From positions 17,608,001 through 17,672,000 of the forward strand of contig OX597832.1 of assembly GCA_951406725.2 (NCBI GenBank): 64,000 nucleotides of DNA, read 5' to 3'. The DNA comes from Octopus vulgaris. Lineage: Eukaryota. Made by a program: the position numbers and the translations under genes. The notes beneath the pieces were generated by a model. That model made no database searches. It worked only from the letters and a program-made list of their open reading frames with translations, and had not been told where the DNA came from. Below, piece by piece: positions 16,238 through 30,364 of the stretch (position 1 is its first letter; the number at the start of each line of letters is the position of its first letter).

Positions 16238-16602
16238 TTATTTATGCCCCATATATTTGTTTAAATCGAGCGAAAACTGTAGGAAAATCCATTTAATTGG
16301 GTGCCAATGGATTAAACTTCAGCACTAGGTATTCCTTGTTCAAATTTAGTTCTTCTCATCCCTATTTATGCCCAAATATTTGTTTATATCGAGCGAAAAC
16401 TGTAGGAAAATCCATTTAATTGGGTGCCAATGGATTAAACTTCAGCACAAGGTATCCCTTGTTCAAATTTAGTTCTTCTCATCCTTATTTATGCCCAAAT
16501 ATTTGTTTATATCGAGCCAAAACTGTAGGAAAATCCATTTAATTGGGTGCCAATGGATTAAACTTTAGCATTAGATATCCCTTGTTCAAATGTAGTTCTT
16601 CT
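16238..16602. repeat. Tandem repeat, 3 x 123 bp
   Basis: ctgtaggaaaatccatttaattgggtgccaatggattaaac recurs at 16277, 16400 and 16523. Confidence 0.92.
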
Positions 16603-19124
16603 CTAAGGAATGAACAACTGGGATAAAATTCGAGAACCGCTAATGCAAAGACTATTGTTTTCATAAATGTCACTATATTAAGAAAGAACGCCCACATGAA
16701 AATGCATTTCTGTTCTATATTACGAGTTAATGTCTTCATAATTTACGAATCTATCATACGAGAATAAATGCATGGGTTAATTAGCATAGGAAAATAAGAA
16801 CGAAAGAAAGAAAGAAAGAAAGAATGACATATGGAAAGGAAGCAAAAATGAAGCAATCACAAACAGAAGAAAGGAATGAATGAAGGAAGGCAAGAGAAGA
16901 GAAGAAAATTATATAAACGAAACAGAACAACATAATTTTGAACAATTTTCTTGTTAACCGACGTAAGATTTTTCTGAAAAAAAAATGAAGAACAAAAATG
17001 AAAAATGACGAAATACTCAAAATCTTCATCTGCCCATATATTCGAAAAGCACCAGAATCTTCTCTAACCCGAAACTAAAATGAAAATTAAAGAAATACAT
17101 AAATATAATGCATAGAAAATATTGCAGTGTAATATTACAACAAACAAGGAAAATTTTACCGGAAGTTCGATCAATTTCTGGAAAAAAATACTTCCATACT
17201 AGACATTTCCGGACAAGTCACTTAGCATACATTTATGGCCATTAATATAAACTGACGCTGAAGGATTCGATGTTTTGTTGAGATGGCGGTATTAGTGGAA
17301 ATTCAGAACGAAATATTTAGCGGTATGGAAGCCATATACATCATCAGCGATATATACGAAGGCTGTACATTATAGGATTAGATTTGTAGAGGAAATATAT
17401 CAGATATGAATTTTGCTGACTTTGCAGAACGGATGAAGTAAAAATCTACTTACACGTATGTAAGCATTCACATACAAATTTACACATATATACACATATG
17501 TACACTCAAGGACACAAGCAAAGCCGTACTCATATATACATATCTTAAACACATACACTTCGATACAACTACACGTACACAAACACACACAGATATAGAC
17601 ATATACACACAAATATAAACATATGCTTTGAGACAACCATTCATATACACATACATGTGTACACGTACATCGTGTATGTGTATGTGAGTATATATGTGTG
17701 TGTGTTTATACGTCCGCAAAATACATGTAATGCAAAAATGAAATAGATGAACGGAAGTTTGTATTTCATTGTTAATTAGGCCTTGTGTGCTGTGATTAAT
17801 TTTATGGAATTTTGGTTAGTGGGTCAATAACATTGGAGACCTTCATGGCTTTATGAAATGTATTATATTTCCTTCAAACATTATATATTTGGAAACTGGA
17901 ATTTATCAATTGAAATATAATGATAAAATCGTTAATGAGAATTAAACAATATGATAATTCATTAGCAAGCATAGGCCTTACACATTATATATCCTTTCCT
18001 TATTAGCATCACTCTCTAACTCAATCACTTTCTCTCTCTCTCTCAGTCTGTTTCTCGGTTCCCTCCCCTCTACGGCTCTCTCTCTTTCTTTCTCTCTTCA
18101 CCGTTCTCTCCCTCTCTATTTCAATCTCTCTGACTCTCTCTATCACTCTCGCTCCCCCTCTGTCGATCTCCTCTCTTTGTATCTTTCTGTCACTTAAACT
18201 CTAGCACTTCTTTTTCCATGCTCTCTCTTCCGTATATATATCTCTTTCTAGGTTTTCTCCTCTCTCTCCTCTCTTCCTCGTTCTCCTCCACTTTCTCTCG
18301 TTCTCTTCCTCTGTCCTTCGTTCTTTTCCTCTCCTCCTCCTCCTTCTCCTCCTCTTGACCTTCTTTATGTCTTATTCTTTTGTCTTTCTGTCGCATAATC
18401 TAACTTTCACTTTCATTTTCTCTTCCTCTCTCTCTTCTTTCTATCTCTCGGTTCTCTCCCCCCTCTCTCTCTCTCTCTCTGACAATATTTTCTTTTTTCT
18501 TTCTTTCACATATAATCTACCTTAATCTTTCCTTTTCACTTTCCTTTTATCTTTGTTTATCTTTTAAATTACCCCCTCACATTCTTCCTTCATTGATAAG
18601 CGGAGAGATAAAGGAAAGCGGAAAATGAGAATAACAAAATCAAAAAATAAATTAGTAAATACAATAGTCAGACATAAGACATGAAGTCGCATAAAACAAT
18701 GGAAATTCAACCGGAAGTTCGATCGTTATCGTTCAGGAAACATACAAAGTCAATTGCATTACTAGTTATTTACCTCAGCTCGAACCCGTAGCCACTCGAT
18801 CAAAGAAAGCTTAATGCAGCTATATATTACCCGTCTTGATTAAGTGTAGAATGTACATTAAAAGCAATATACGGGCAAATACAGCGACTTCGAAGACTCT
18901 ACTCACTAGTTTCTCTCTTTCATAGATTGCATAAAATTGAAATATAAAGTGGGTCTGGGTAGAATTCGAGCCCACGACACAGAAGGACATGAACGATGCA
19001 ATGTAATATGTCTTTCGCGTTACTGTTACTGCCAAACAATCTCCACTTTCAGCTTTAATGAACTAACAATAGTTCTTCCTTGAGCCGCAGGTCAGCAGTT
19101 TGAAAGGGAATGGTTGGTGTTAGA

Positions 19125-19570
19125 GTGGCGAGCTGGAATATTCGTTAGCTCGCCGGACGAAATGCTTTGCAGTATTTCGTCTGTCTTTACGTTCTGAGTT
19201 CAAATTCTACCGCGGTCGACATTGCATTTCATCCTTTCGGTATCGATGAATTATGTACTAGTTGCGTACTGAGGTCGATCTAATCAACTTACCCTCTACC
19301 TCAAAATTTCGGGCCTTTTGCCTTGAGTAGAAAAGAATATTTTGATTGGTTAAGTTGGTTAGATAGCAGAAACCTTCGCATGCCGCACGAAATGTGAAAA
19401 GCTATTTCGTCTGTCTTTATGTTCTGAGTTCAAATTCTGACGAGGTCGAGTTTGCCTTTCATCCTTTCGGTATCGATGAATTATGTACTAGTTGCGTACT
19501 GGGGTCGATCTAATCGACTGGCCCCCTCCTCCCAAAATATCGGGCCTTATGCCTAGAGTAGAAAATAATA
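19125..19570 (+). mobile_element. Two adjacent SINE family A copies (tail 1)
   Basis: Head-body-tail at about 19125-19339 and 19360-19570; both share the variant tatcgatgaattatgtactagttgcgtact. Confidence 0.85.
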
Positions 19571-19689
19571 TTGATTGGTTCTCTATTTTTTTTTACTCCG
19601 AAATGGGGATCTGCTAAGGTGACTTGGGTGTGATTTTGATCGAAAACTAAAACATCCTTAAACTTAGGTGAAATAATAATATCCGAAAA

Positions 19690-20473
19690 CTGAGGAAAGG
19701 AGCTAGTCGATGACATTGGCTGTAGTACCTGACTGGTCTTTATTTCATCGAGTTGAGAAAGATTAAAGGCAAGTTAACTTCGTTGTATTTCAATACTGAA
19801 TACAATGGCAAATGAAGTACAGCTATGCATTTAACCCAGCATGCTAAAAACGCTGCTAATTCACCGCCTTAAATGATCTAATAATCCCGTTTTTAACATA
19901 GGCACAAGCCCTGACGTGTTGGAGTGCAAAGCTCAACAGGAACATATTTCATATATTGCAAAAAGACAAAAGCAAAATCACTTCCGGTAGAATATGAATT
20001 CAGAAAATAAAGATGGCCGAAATGTCACTAAGCTTTTCATTCATCCTACTAACGTGTCTACTAGCTCACCGTCTTCAAAAGGAAATGATAATGATTTCAA
20101 ATTTTAGCACAAGGCCAGCAATTTGGAGGTAAGAGGGAGTTATGTAGCACGTTCGGATGCCTTCTACTCATATCTAACCACTACTCAACTGTTCTCTCTG
20201 CTACTCTATTCTAGTCTGATCTCTGACGTCTAGGCTTCTCCCACTATATCTACGTATTGGGCTAACCTACTTCATCTTCTGGGCGCATCCACAAAACAGA
20301 GAGAGAAGTCGATTACATCGACCCCAGTCGCTAACTTGTAGTTCTTTTGTCGACCCCGAAAGCATAAAATACAAAGTCAACATCGGCAGAATTTGAACTC
20401 GGAACTCTAAGTCAGACGAAGTGCCGCTAAGCTTTTCGTCTATGGTGCAAACGATTCTGTCAGTTCGTTGCCT
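19690..20473 (-). mobile_element. Cluster of old, diverged SINE family A copies
   Basis: Three degenerate reverse-strand matches; the last is interrupted by 20143-20293. Confidence 0.6.
20143..20293. mobile_element. 151-bp TGT...ACA insertion inside a SINE (possible short solo LTR)
   Basis: Interrupts the SINE tail; begins tgtagc and ends tccaca; no clear TSD. Confidence 0.35.
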
Positions 20474-20689
20474 TAAAAAGGGAATAAATATAAAAATAAT
20501 TGTTCAAAAAATAATAATTAATGAAAATGATTTTAATATAAACAAGAACCGACTTTTACCTTTGGCGAATGTAAGAAATGTGGAATAGATGGGAGAAAAT
20601 GTTTAATCAAACATAGAAGGTGATTGGATCCTGTTTTGCGGAGAATGATTCAAGGCAATATTGTGGCTGTCATTGCTGTGGTTCCTTTC

Positions 20690-21715
20690 GCTGTTCTTGT
20701 TGTTGGTAGTGGTGTTGGTGGTGGCGGTGGTGATGGTGGTGATGATGGGGATGATGATGATGGTGATGATGACGTGGATGTTGATGATGATGATAATGAG
20801 GAGGAGGATGGTGATGTTGGTATTGGTACTGCTAGTAGCGATGAGAACGATGATGGAGATTATGATGTGAATGGTAATGATGAGATATGATAATTATGAT
20901 GATGATAATGATGATGGTTATGATAATGATAATGGTAATCGTGGTGGTGGCAGTAGTATTTGTAGTAGTAACAGTAGTAGTGGTGGTGGTTGTGGTGGTG
21001 GTGGTGGTGGTGGGTATAGTAGTAGTTGTAGTTGTAATAGTAGTGAGAATGATAATAATAATGACGTTGATGATGATGATGATGATGATGATGATTTGAA
21101 CATTTGGGAAAATGAAGCAGAAAAGATGGTGATTATAGGATGCCACCATCGTAATCATTATCATAATTATCACCACTATCACCACTACCATCATCATCAT
21201 CATCATTATCATCATCATCATAATTATCATCATTTTCACCCTTATTATAATCAACTTGATAACCATGATCGCCAAGATCATCAACGTCACCACCACCACC
21301 ACCACCACCACCACCACCACAACTACCACCACCAACACCACCACTACCATCATCACCACTACCATCATCACCACCATCATGATTGTCATCAACGGCATGA
21401 GCAATAGCAGAGCAACCATCATTATCATCATCACCATTATCATCGACCACCGTCTTCGCCACGTTCTGCTTCATCGGTGTCGTCACCATGATGAAGCTAA
21501 TAATAAAAACAGCAGTGGTAGTAGCAAAAGCAGCAGCAGTAGCAACTGCAACAACGACAACAACAAGAGTAATCCCTAGTGTGGTGCCATTAAAATGTGA
21601 GAAGAGAATAATTGAAAACATTAGCGGGTCCCAAGGGGAAGCAATTTGTTGAGCTGAAAGAATTTTACGATTCACTGAGTAGGAAAATAAATTGAAAGAA
21701 CGCGGACATGAACAC

Positions 21716-21757
<42 letters not shown>

Positions 21758-21765
21758 CCTCAACG

Positions 21766-21827
<62 letters not shown>

Positions 21828-21844
21828 GTCATCATCATCATCAT

Positions 21845-21875
<31 letters not shown>

Positions 21876-21893
21876 ATCATCATCATCATCATT

Positions 21894-21930
<37 letters not shown>

Positions 21931-22084
21931 ACGACATCGTCGTCTTCGCCATCATCATCATCATCATCATCAAATTCATCATCATGAACATAATCGTCTT
22001 GGGCATGATCGATCTCATGATGATGATGATGATCAAATTCATCATATTGATCATAATCATGTTCGTCATCACAATTGTCGTTGC

Positions 22085-22140
<56 letters not shown>

Positions 22141-22659
22141 CATCATCATCAGCTCCATAACTAATCCCACCCCGAACAGCATCATCATTATCATCACCTC
22201 CACCACCTGCACCAATACTGCCACCAAGAACAGCATCATAACCTATTGTTCATCATCATCATCATTATCATCACCATCATCTTCATCGTCATCATCATCA
22301 TCACCATCATCAGCTCCATCACTAACACATCATCATTATCATCATCACCACTACCACCGTCACCAATGCTACTACCAACAACAGCATCACAACCCATCAT
22401 CATCATCATCATCATTATCATCATCACCATCATAAGCTCCATCAGTAATACCACTCCCAACAGAATCCTCATCATCGTCCATCACTTGTCCTCCTCATCA
22501 TCATCATCATCAACAATATCATAGGCATTATCACTCAGGAATTAACATCGTCAACAATTGCAGATATCGTCCATTAACAATAACAATAACATCGACTAAC
22601 AAACAGTAAAGAGCTTGTCTGTTTCTTTACTAAATTTTTTATTGTACCCTGGAAATATC

Positions 22660-22724
<65 letters not shown>

Positions 22725-22747
22725 TAATAATGATAATAATAATAATG

Positions 22748-22781
<34 letters not shown>

Positions 22782-22843
22782 TAATAATAATAATAATAAT
22801 GATAATAATAATAATAATAATAATGATAATAATAACGATGATG

Positions 22844-22883
<40 letters not shown>

Positions 22884-23107
22884 TAATAATGATAATAATA
22901 ATAATGATGATAATAATAATAATTATAATAATAATAATAATAATGATAATAATGATAATAATAATAATAATAATAACAATAATAATAATAATAATAATAA
23001 TGATAATAATAATAATGATACTAATAATAATAATAATAATAATGATAATAATGATAATAATGATAATAATAATAATAATAATAATAACGATGATGATAAT
23101 AATAATA

Positions 23108-23138
<31 letters not shown>

Positions 23139-23410
23139 TGATAACAATGATGATGATGATGATAATAATAATAGTAATAATGATAGAAGAAGTAGTCGTA
23201 GTAGTAGTAGTAGTAGTAGCAGTAGTAGTAGTAGTAGTAGTAGTTGTTGTTGTAGTAGTAGTAGTTGTTGTTGTAGTAGTAGTAGTGATGCTAATAGTAG
23301 TAGTAGTCATAAGAGTAGAAATAATGAAAATCATAATAATAATAATGATGATGATGATGATGATGATGATAATTATAATAACAACAACAACAATAATTAT
23401 AATAATAATG
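20690..23410. repeat. Trinucleotide low-complexity field: (GAT/GGT)n, (CAT/CAC)n, (AAT)n, (AGT)n
   Basis: Directly visible. Confidence 0.95.
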
Positions 23411-23808
23411 ATTTCATTTATTTCTCTGAAGGGCGAGGTATGAGGAGGAGAATACAGGAGCCGACATAAAGTGTGAGGGTTTACATATAATGAAACGATT
23501 TAAATAATCTAAGTATATACGGTATATGCTGAAATAGAAGGGGCAAATGCTTAGCATGCAAAGGTAAAAAATGAAAAGGGCGGGGAGGATTATAGAGATG
23601 TGGCCCTCCGGATAGAGAAAGGCGTCTAGGAATAATGGAAGAACACAATGTCCGAGATTTCCCTCAAACCCCAAGTGCCAGTGCCCTTTCCAATTATTTC
23701 TCTCGGAATCCCAGTTCTACACTTAGAGAGGTACCATCCACTCTTGCCATTTTCGCAACTTTCACCCACCTTTCAAAAACCTCACTCGAGGACAGCACTT
23801 CCCTTCTG
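23410..23808 (-). mobile_element. Tx1/L1-like LINE 3' fragment
   Basis: Minus strand encodes RREVLSSSEVFERWVKVAKMARVDGTSLSV, homologous to about 14895-14978; it ends cgcccttcagagaaataaatgaaat next to (TTA)n. Confidence 0.6.
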
Positions 23809-23899
23809 CCACAAGGGCAGATTGGAGGAGGGTATTAAGTCGATTACATCGACTCCAGTGCGTGACTGGTACCTCTTTAATCGATCCGGAAAGAAATAG

Positions 23900-24236
23900 T
23901 GGGGAGCATCATAGTCATGTGCTGAGAGGAATTCTTTGGGACTTGGATAATTCACCTTCGGAAACATGGGCGTTTCGTTCAACATCCTTAAACAACCCTT
24001 ATTCAGGGACCGTTAGAGCGGGATGGGTTACTCGACCAGAAGAAAATTCTAACTAGGCCCCCACCTGCAAGGTCATGTGCTGTTTATCTTGATATGAGAT
24101 CACCATGTTGCGCACATATGGTTGTGATGCATGTGCCTTGTGTACCCTTATCAGACGGGTAGTCATGATGGGTATGCTGGGCTTCGTATATTTTACCCCA
24201 GTGTCACTGTGATGGCATGCACTGCTCTCTCACTCA
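23900..24236 (+). mobile_element. Unclassified repeat ending in (AAT)n (probable non-LTR 3' UTR)
   Basis: GC-richer block ending abruptly in an (AAT)n tail. No second copy in the window, so support is weak. Confidence 0.35.
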
Positions 24237-24241
24237 ATAAT

Positions 24242-24294
<53 letters not shown>

Positions 24295-25691
24295 TAATAA
24301 TAATAATCATAATAATAATAATAAGGAGACATGCCCAACTGGTTACGGTCGAACAGCTGACAAGCCAAACTGTTGTATTGAGCAGAATATTTGATGTAGC
24401 CCATTATTTATACGAAAACAAAACAATGTACATAACACTTTCAATCAGTTAAGATCAAAAGCCATGAAAGCCTCTGTCTAGTACGGCATTTGTAATAATA
24501 ATAATAATAATAATAATTATAATAGAAATATACAGAAGAAATAAGTAAATAAATATAAGTACAATTCAGTGAGATTTGAACTCAGAACATAAAGTCAGAA
24601 TACTAAACACTGCAACCTAGTTTATCTGATGTTCTACTGTTTATGCTAATATGGGTTTTTTAAAAGATTAATCACAGTATTTTCCCAGGTTCGTGAAATT
24701 CTAGGTTCTCCGTGTGTTTTGACTATGAGAATTCAGTGTATTGGCCAACTGAATGTCTACATTTGAAATTAACGCGTAAATGGCTGAGTATTCCATGGAG
24801 GCTAGTACGTTTAATTTAATTCTTAGACTGAATCGGTGTGAATTGATGTGGTAAAGCTAGGCCCTCGTCTTACGGGTAAAATGCAGAGACATGGACTGAG
24901 AGAGTGAGGGAGAGAGAGGGAGAGAGAGGAGGTGAATGCGAAAGGATTTAGAGGAAGAAGGATTTGACCCAAGTGCCTATCTAACGGCGGAAGACCACAA
25001 TTTTGTGGAGAAAATAAATTTGATTAAGATGACTCCAGTCTTTGACTTGTGCTTACTTTGTCGACCCCTGGTAACTATAAACAGCTCAGTTGACTCAACA
25101 GCGCTTTAAATACAGGACAACATTAGCAAAAATCATTTCTAACAGATCTCAAATGATGTGGGAGGGGTATAGTCAATATAATCGATCCCAGTAATTGGTT
25201 GGTAATTGTATTTTTTTACGCCCACTGAACAATAAAAATATGCAAAGCCCCCCCCCCCCCCCACACGTCAGCATCGCTTGGCAAAGAAATAATAGCAATT
25301 TATGACTCTGGTATTGCTACACATTTTTAGAATGGTGGGATTTCATGATGGGTTTAGTCGACTCGGAGGGGAGAAAGGAATTTTATATTCGATTAAATCA
25401 ATGTCATCACATAAATGGAAATCTATTAAATGAATGAATACGGCGAACTTCTCATTACATCGTCGAATAGTAATACGTTTCGGTATAAGTCTGGTGAATT
25501 TGGGTTCTATTTCAAATCTTGCAGAGATCAGCTTCCATTCTTGCGGTCAATAGAAAATCAAGCCAGTGCAAGGATCGGTTCCGCTTTTATTCTCTGAATT
25601 ATAAATGTTATTCAAAACGACAGCCTTGTCATCCGCTTCATGCTGCTTTTGCACGCGCGTTGCAATAAAGGTAACCGTATTTAAAGAATAA

Positions 25692-25921
25692 GGCGTCGGG
25701 CTGGCAGAACCGTTAGCACGCCGGGCGAAATGCGTAGCCGTATTTTGTCTGCCGTTACGTTCTGGGTTCAAATTCCGCCGAGGTCAACTTTGCCTTTCAT
25801 TCTTTCGGGGTCGATAAATTAAGAACCAGTTACGCACTGGGGTCGATGTAATCGACTTAATCCGTTTGTCTGTCCTTGTTTGTCCCCTCTGTGTTTAGCC
25901 CCTTGTGGGTAGTAAAAAATA
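25692..25921 (+). mobile_element. SINE family A monomer with tail type 2
   Basis: Head and body, then ttaatccgtttgtctgtccttgtttgtcccctctgtgtttagccccttgtgggtagtaaa. Confidence 0.9.
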
Positions 25922-26722
25922 TACGTATTAATAGAATAAGAACTTTCTGCGCGTTAATATTCTGTGTAAAAGTCCAGTTGGTTGAACCACTGAATAAACC
26001 TTGTCGACAGAGTTGGAGACCTCAGTAATTTCCAGTAATTTATGGACCTGCCCCAGTAATTTTTGACCGTGGTAAAATAAATTGCATATTTGAGATCGAG
26101 TTAATTTGATCTAAGAACAACGTTTACTTTCGCATGAATAATTGTTTCCAATTCAAGTTGTAGCCATCCTTGTTGATGTGAGATGGTAAGTCGATTCTTA
26201 AATTGAAGTATATTTTCTCAATCTCGAAATACAGAAATGCTAGCATGACCATGGGAATGAAATCAGACGCTAAACTGCCACAACAAACTCCACAAGACAC
26301 TCTAGAAATTCGACACTCCAGGAATTCTGACAAACTACCCTCCCTCTCACTGATCCATTTTCAAGAGCTGTGCTACATGCTAAAAATGTGCAAACCTAAT
26401 TCCGTATTTTAATTAGCTGGTAGCACTTATTTACATTAATTATTGGACTACATGAAACGCTGTAAAGTGAAGAGCACCGTACTTTAATTTGCTTCCTATA
26501 TTGTGTTAAATTATTTCTTGAACATACGGGAACGCTCTATGTTTCAGGTGAGTTTTAATTAGCCTACGATGCAATATTCAACTCGACAAAGAAGTGTAAT
26601 CGTGAGTGGTAGATAACGTACACAAAGACAACAGGAAATACTAAAATTTTGTTCTGCTCTTTCTCTTCGATATATAACATTTAAATAGTTGCTTAAATGG
26701 ACAATATTATCTCAGAGAACAA

Positions 26723-27305
26723 GGCGGCGGTCTGGTAAAAATGTTGCTGTGTCGGGCAAAATGTTTAGCGGTATTTCGTCTGCTGTTACGTTCTGAGGTC
26801 AAATTCCGGCTCCGAGGTCGACTTTGCCTTTTATCCTTTCGGGGTCGATTAAATAAATACCAGTTACGTATTGGGATCGATATAATCGACTTAATCCGTC
26901 TGTCTATCCTTGTTTTTCTCCTCTGTGTTTAGCCCCTTGTGGGTAGTAAAGAAATAGGTATTTCGTCTGCTGCTACGTTCTGAGTTCAAATTCCGCCGAG
27001 GTCGACTTTGCCTTTCGTCCTTTCGGGGTCGATTAAATAAGCACCAGTTACGCATTGCGATCGATATAATCAACTTAATCCGTTTGTCTGTCTATGTTTG
27101 TCCTCTCTGTGTTTAGCCCCTTGTGGGTAGTAAAGAAATGGGTATTTCATCCAATTTACGCTCTGATTTCAAATGTCAGCCTGGCCGACTTTGCTTTTCA
27201 TCCTATCGGGGACGATAAAATAAGTAACAGTTGAGCGTTGAGATCGATGCAATCGACTTACTCTGCCCATACATTGCTGGCCTTGCGCCAAAAATTGAAA
27301 CCAAT
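26723..27305 (+). mobile_element. SINE family A trimer (tail2-tail2-tail1)
   Basis: Single head; units rejoin at 26956|26957 and 27140|27141. Confidence 0.88.
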
Positions 27306-28265
27306 ATTATCTCATTGAATGAACGACAGAAGTTGAATTGATTCAAATAGAAAGAATCCCTGTGATATTATTTCTCATCTGTTACTTACAATTGTTCTGC
27401 ATCAAAGCTAAACGATTGATTCCCTCTTTTACCGGTGCTACAAAGGATCTGCTCTTCGGGAACAGTTACCTGTGTATCCTATCATTTGTCTTCATGCGAG
27501 CAGCTCATTTCCATTATAATTCTCCTCTGAGTTATAGCCAGTGAAGATTTTCTCCGATCCCGTAATTCTTGTCTTGCAATACTTACACCATATATGTACA
27601 ACCTGAATATCAACCATATCCTTCGACCAAGATTTTGGGCGCTTTCCTCTCAATATAATGTAAGAAGGGAACGGAGATATATCTCTAGCATAAAATTTTA
27701 CAGCAACAGGAATAACAATCGCATTCTTCGTGTGGTGTTCCGCCTTTTAGCATTTCCGAATTCATAAATCCCCGGATTTTGAATAGAAAGTAAACTTCGA
27801 GTTGCTACCAATTCTTATCCAGAGGAATAGGTGTCTGACATCAACAGAATGATACATGGAACAATTAATGATTAAGACAGGTGAGGAGCCATCTCCTAGG
27901 GGAAACAAAAGATTATCAGAATATATCCAAAAAGGTAAATAGCAGAAAAATTACTCTTTAATAACAATACACACACTTTGTATCTTTTGAATAAGCTTGT
28001 GTGTGTGTGTGCGTATCTATGTGTGTGTGTGCGTATCTATGTGTGTGTGTGCGTATCTATGTGTGTGTGTGCGTATCTATGTGTGTGTGTCTTTGTGTCT
28101 GTGTTTGTTGGTTTGTTTACCTTCATGTAACTGAAGGGGTCGGCCAAAGAGATCGATAAAATAAGTATCTGGCTTACAAAAGTTGATTCATTGGACTAAG
28201 ATACTTCAAGACGATGCCCCAGCATGACCGGAGTCTGACGACTGAAACATGTAAAAGATAAAATA

Positions 28266-28297
<32 letters not shown>

Positions 28298-28563
28298 GCA
28301 CAAACACATATATAATACGGAGTAGTCGAAGCAGGGGCAACTGAAGAAGGGGAATATTCCTTGTGTTGTATGTCTTGTACTCTGATATTTCGTTGTTTGA
28401 AAAAAGCCTGTTTCCATGTTTTTGTTTTTATGTTTTCGTTTCTCATTGTGTTCAACGTTTTATTTTGTGTCCTGTACCCATATATGCATGTATATATACA
28501 TGTAGATGTAGGTACGTACATATATGTGTGTATATATTCATATGTTTTATTTATTATTTTGTT

Positions 28564-28604
<41 letters not shown>

Positions 28605-29029
28605 TAATGTATATATGCAATTTTCGTTTTTCTTTTGAGAGACCGTTGTATCTCATCCTCGGTACACTTTCTGTTCGTTAGAAGCTTATACACAGACACA
28701 AAAAACACGGTTAGACACATGCACATACATGCACAAGTATACATAAGCTGAATATGAAAAACACTTCAATTCAATTACGGAAAGTACTCAATCATCCACG
28801 ACCACAAATATAAATTTACAAGTGTTATTTATTTCCAGTATCCCAACCGTCGATAAATTACAAGATATTTTTTACGAATCTCAAAGAGGAAAATGTCGTA
28901 AATGATGGTAAGGTGGCATATATATACTCATCTCGGTATAACTGGATTTCGTCAGTGTAATGCAAAATTCTGAAGACTTGTCTGATTTGCAGACTGGAGA
29001 TTTTACGCATAGAAAAATAATTACGTATC

Positions 29030-29550
29030 CCGTAAATCCTCGAGTATAGTCCGCCCTTGAGTATAATATGCAGGGAATTTTTAGGGGGCTGTACCTCTGA
29101 AAAACCTAAACCTTGTGTATAATACGTACCCCTTCTCTAACTTGTGTCAAGGAGGTCTATATAACGTTCTTGGTTTGTAAAAATGTAAACGGTAATGTCC
29201 TTTATTATTATTTTTCATATAACTTAATGCAAACGAGTAGATTTTTTTGTGCATTTTGTTTGCAGAAAATAAAGAAATGACAGTAATAACAGTAATAACG
29301 TTTAATAAATGTTGCTTACTGCAAGTTATGGGTGATTATTTTATGACTTCATTGCTTTCAGGCTTAGCTTAAGGTATTTTCGCGCCAGACATCACAAAAT
29401 GCGTCTGAATAAACATTGCGGGACAGCAAATAGAGACTCGGATATTGCTTAGAAAATAATTTGCATTTTTAACCTCGTATATAGTACGCTCTTGGGATTT
29501 TGACCTTTAGATTTTGGGAAAAAATGCAGATTATACTCGAGGATTTACGG
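29030..29550. mobile_element. Tc1/mariner-pogo-type MITE
   Basis: 25-bp TIRs (ccgtaaatcctcgagtatagtccgc / gcagattatactcgaggatttacgg, 2 mismatches); TA on the right flank; no ORF. Confidence 0.8.
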
Positions 29551-29883
29551 TAAATGTGGCCATGATTTGTTGCCCAGTTATAATAAATGAAGGAGTTAAA
29601 ATATTAAAACCGAGTGGAATTAGGTATGAATTAATATAGAAAATTCGGGTAGTAATGTATTCTTATTAAGCACACAGAATGTGTCAGTTAATTGGAATTT
29701 TACTGTAAAGTGGAGAGAGAAAAAAAAATTAGCTAGGAGTAATTGTGTGCGACTCTCAATGAAAAGGAAGATAATTTCGTGAAATTAAAAATCAATTTCC
29801 CCAAATTTATTTACATGCTTAGGTGGATTGCAATTGTAATGAGACATAATACGGTATGTGAGGATGATGATGATGACTTTCAT

Positions 29884-29955
<72 letters not shown>

Positions 29956-30191
29956 TTGATACTACTACTACCACCACCACCACCAACATCACAACCTCTA
30001 CTACTACTACTACTACTACTACTAACACCACCACTTCCACCATCACCATCACCACCACTACTACTACTGCTGTTGCTGCTGCTGTTGCCACTACTATCAC
30101 CACCACCATCACCACCACTAAAACTACTACTACTACTAATACTAATACTTTGCTGCTGCTACTGCTACTATTACTACTACTGCTGCTGTTG

Positions 30192-30230
<39 letters not shown>

Positions 30231-30364
30231 TCATTATTATCAAAATTATCATTGTCGTCGACATCTTCATCATCATCATTATTATTACAATTGGTGGTTT
30301 TTATTCCTAGTAGAATTTGCGTAAATAGCGGATTACTTAGATATTCCCAAGTTTTCAATAATCT

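Noticed and set aside
16238-16602. Possible CRISPR-like array (also the SINE multimers)
   Set aside because: Whole units repeat with no unique spacers; eukaryotic context with no cas genes.
21692-23469. Long poly-His, poly-Asn, poly-Ile and poly-Met ORFs
   Set aside because: Translations of (CAT)n and (AAT)n microsatellites, open in several frames on both strands, with no domain or splice evidence.
28338-28370. CTGAAGA followed by the palindrome ggaatattcc
   Set aside because: No GAAA after the stem and no stem III or NUH site; at most a remnant.
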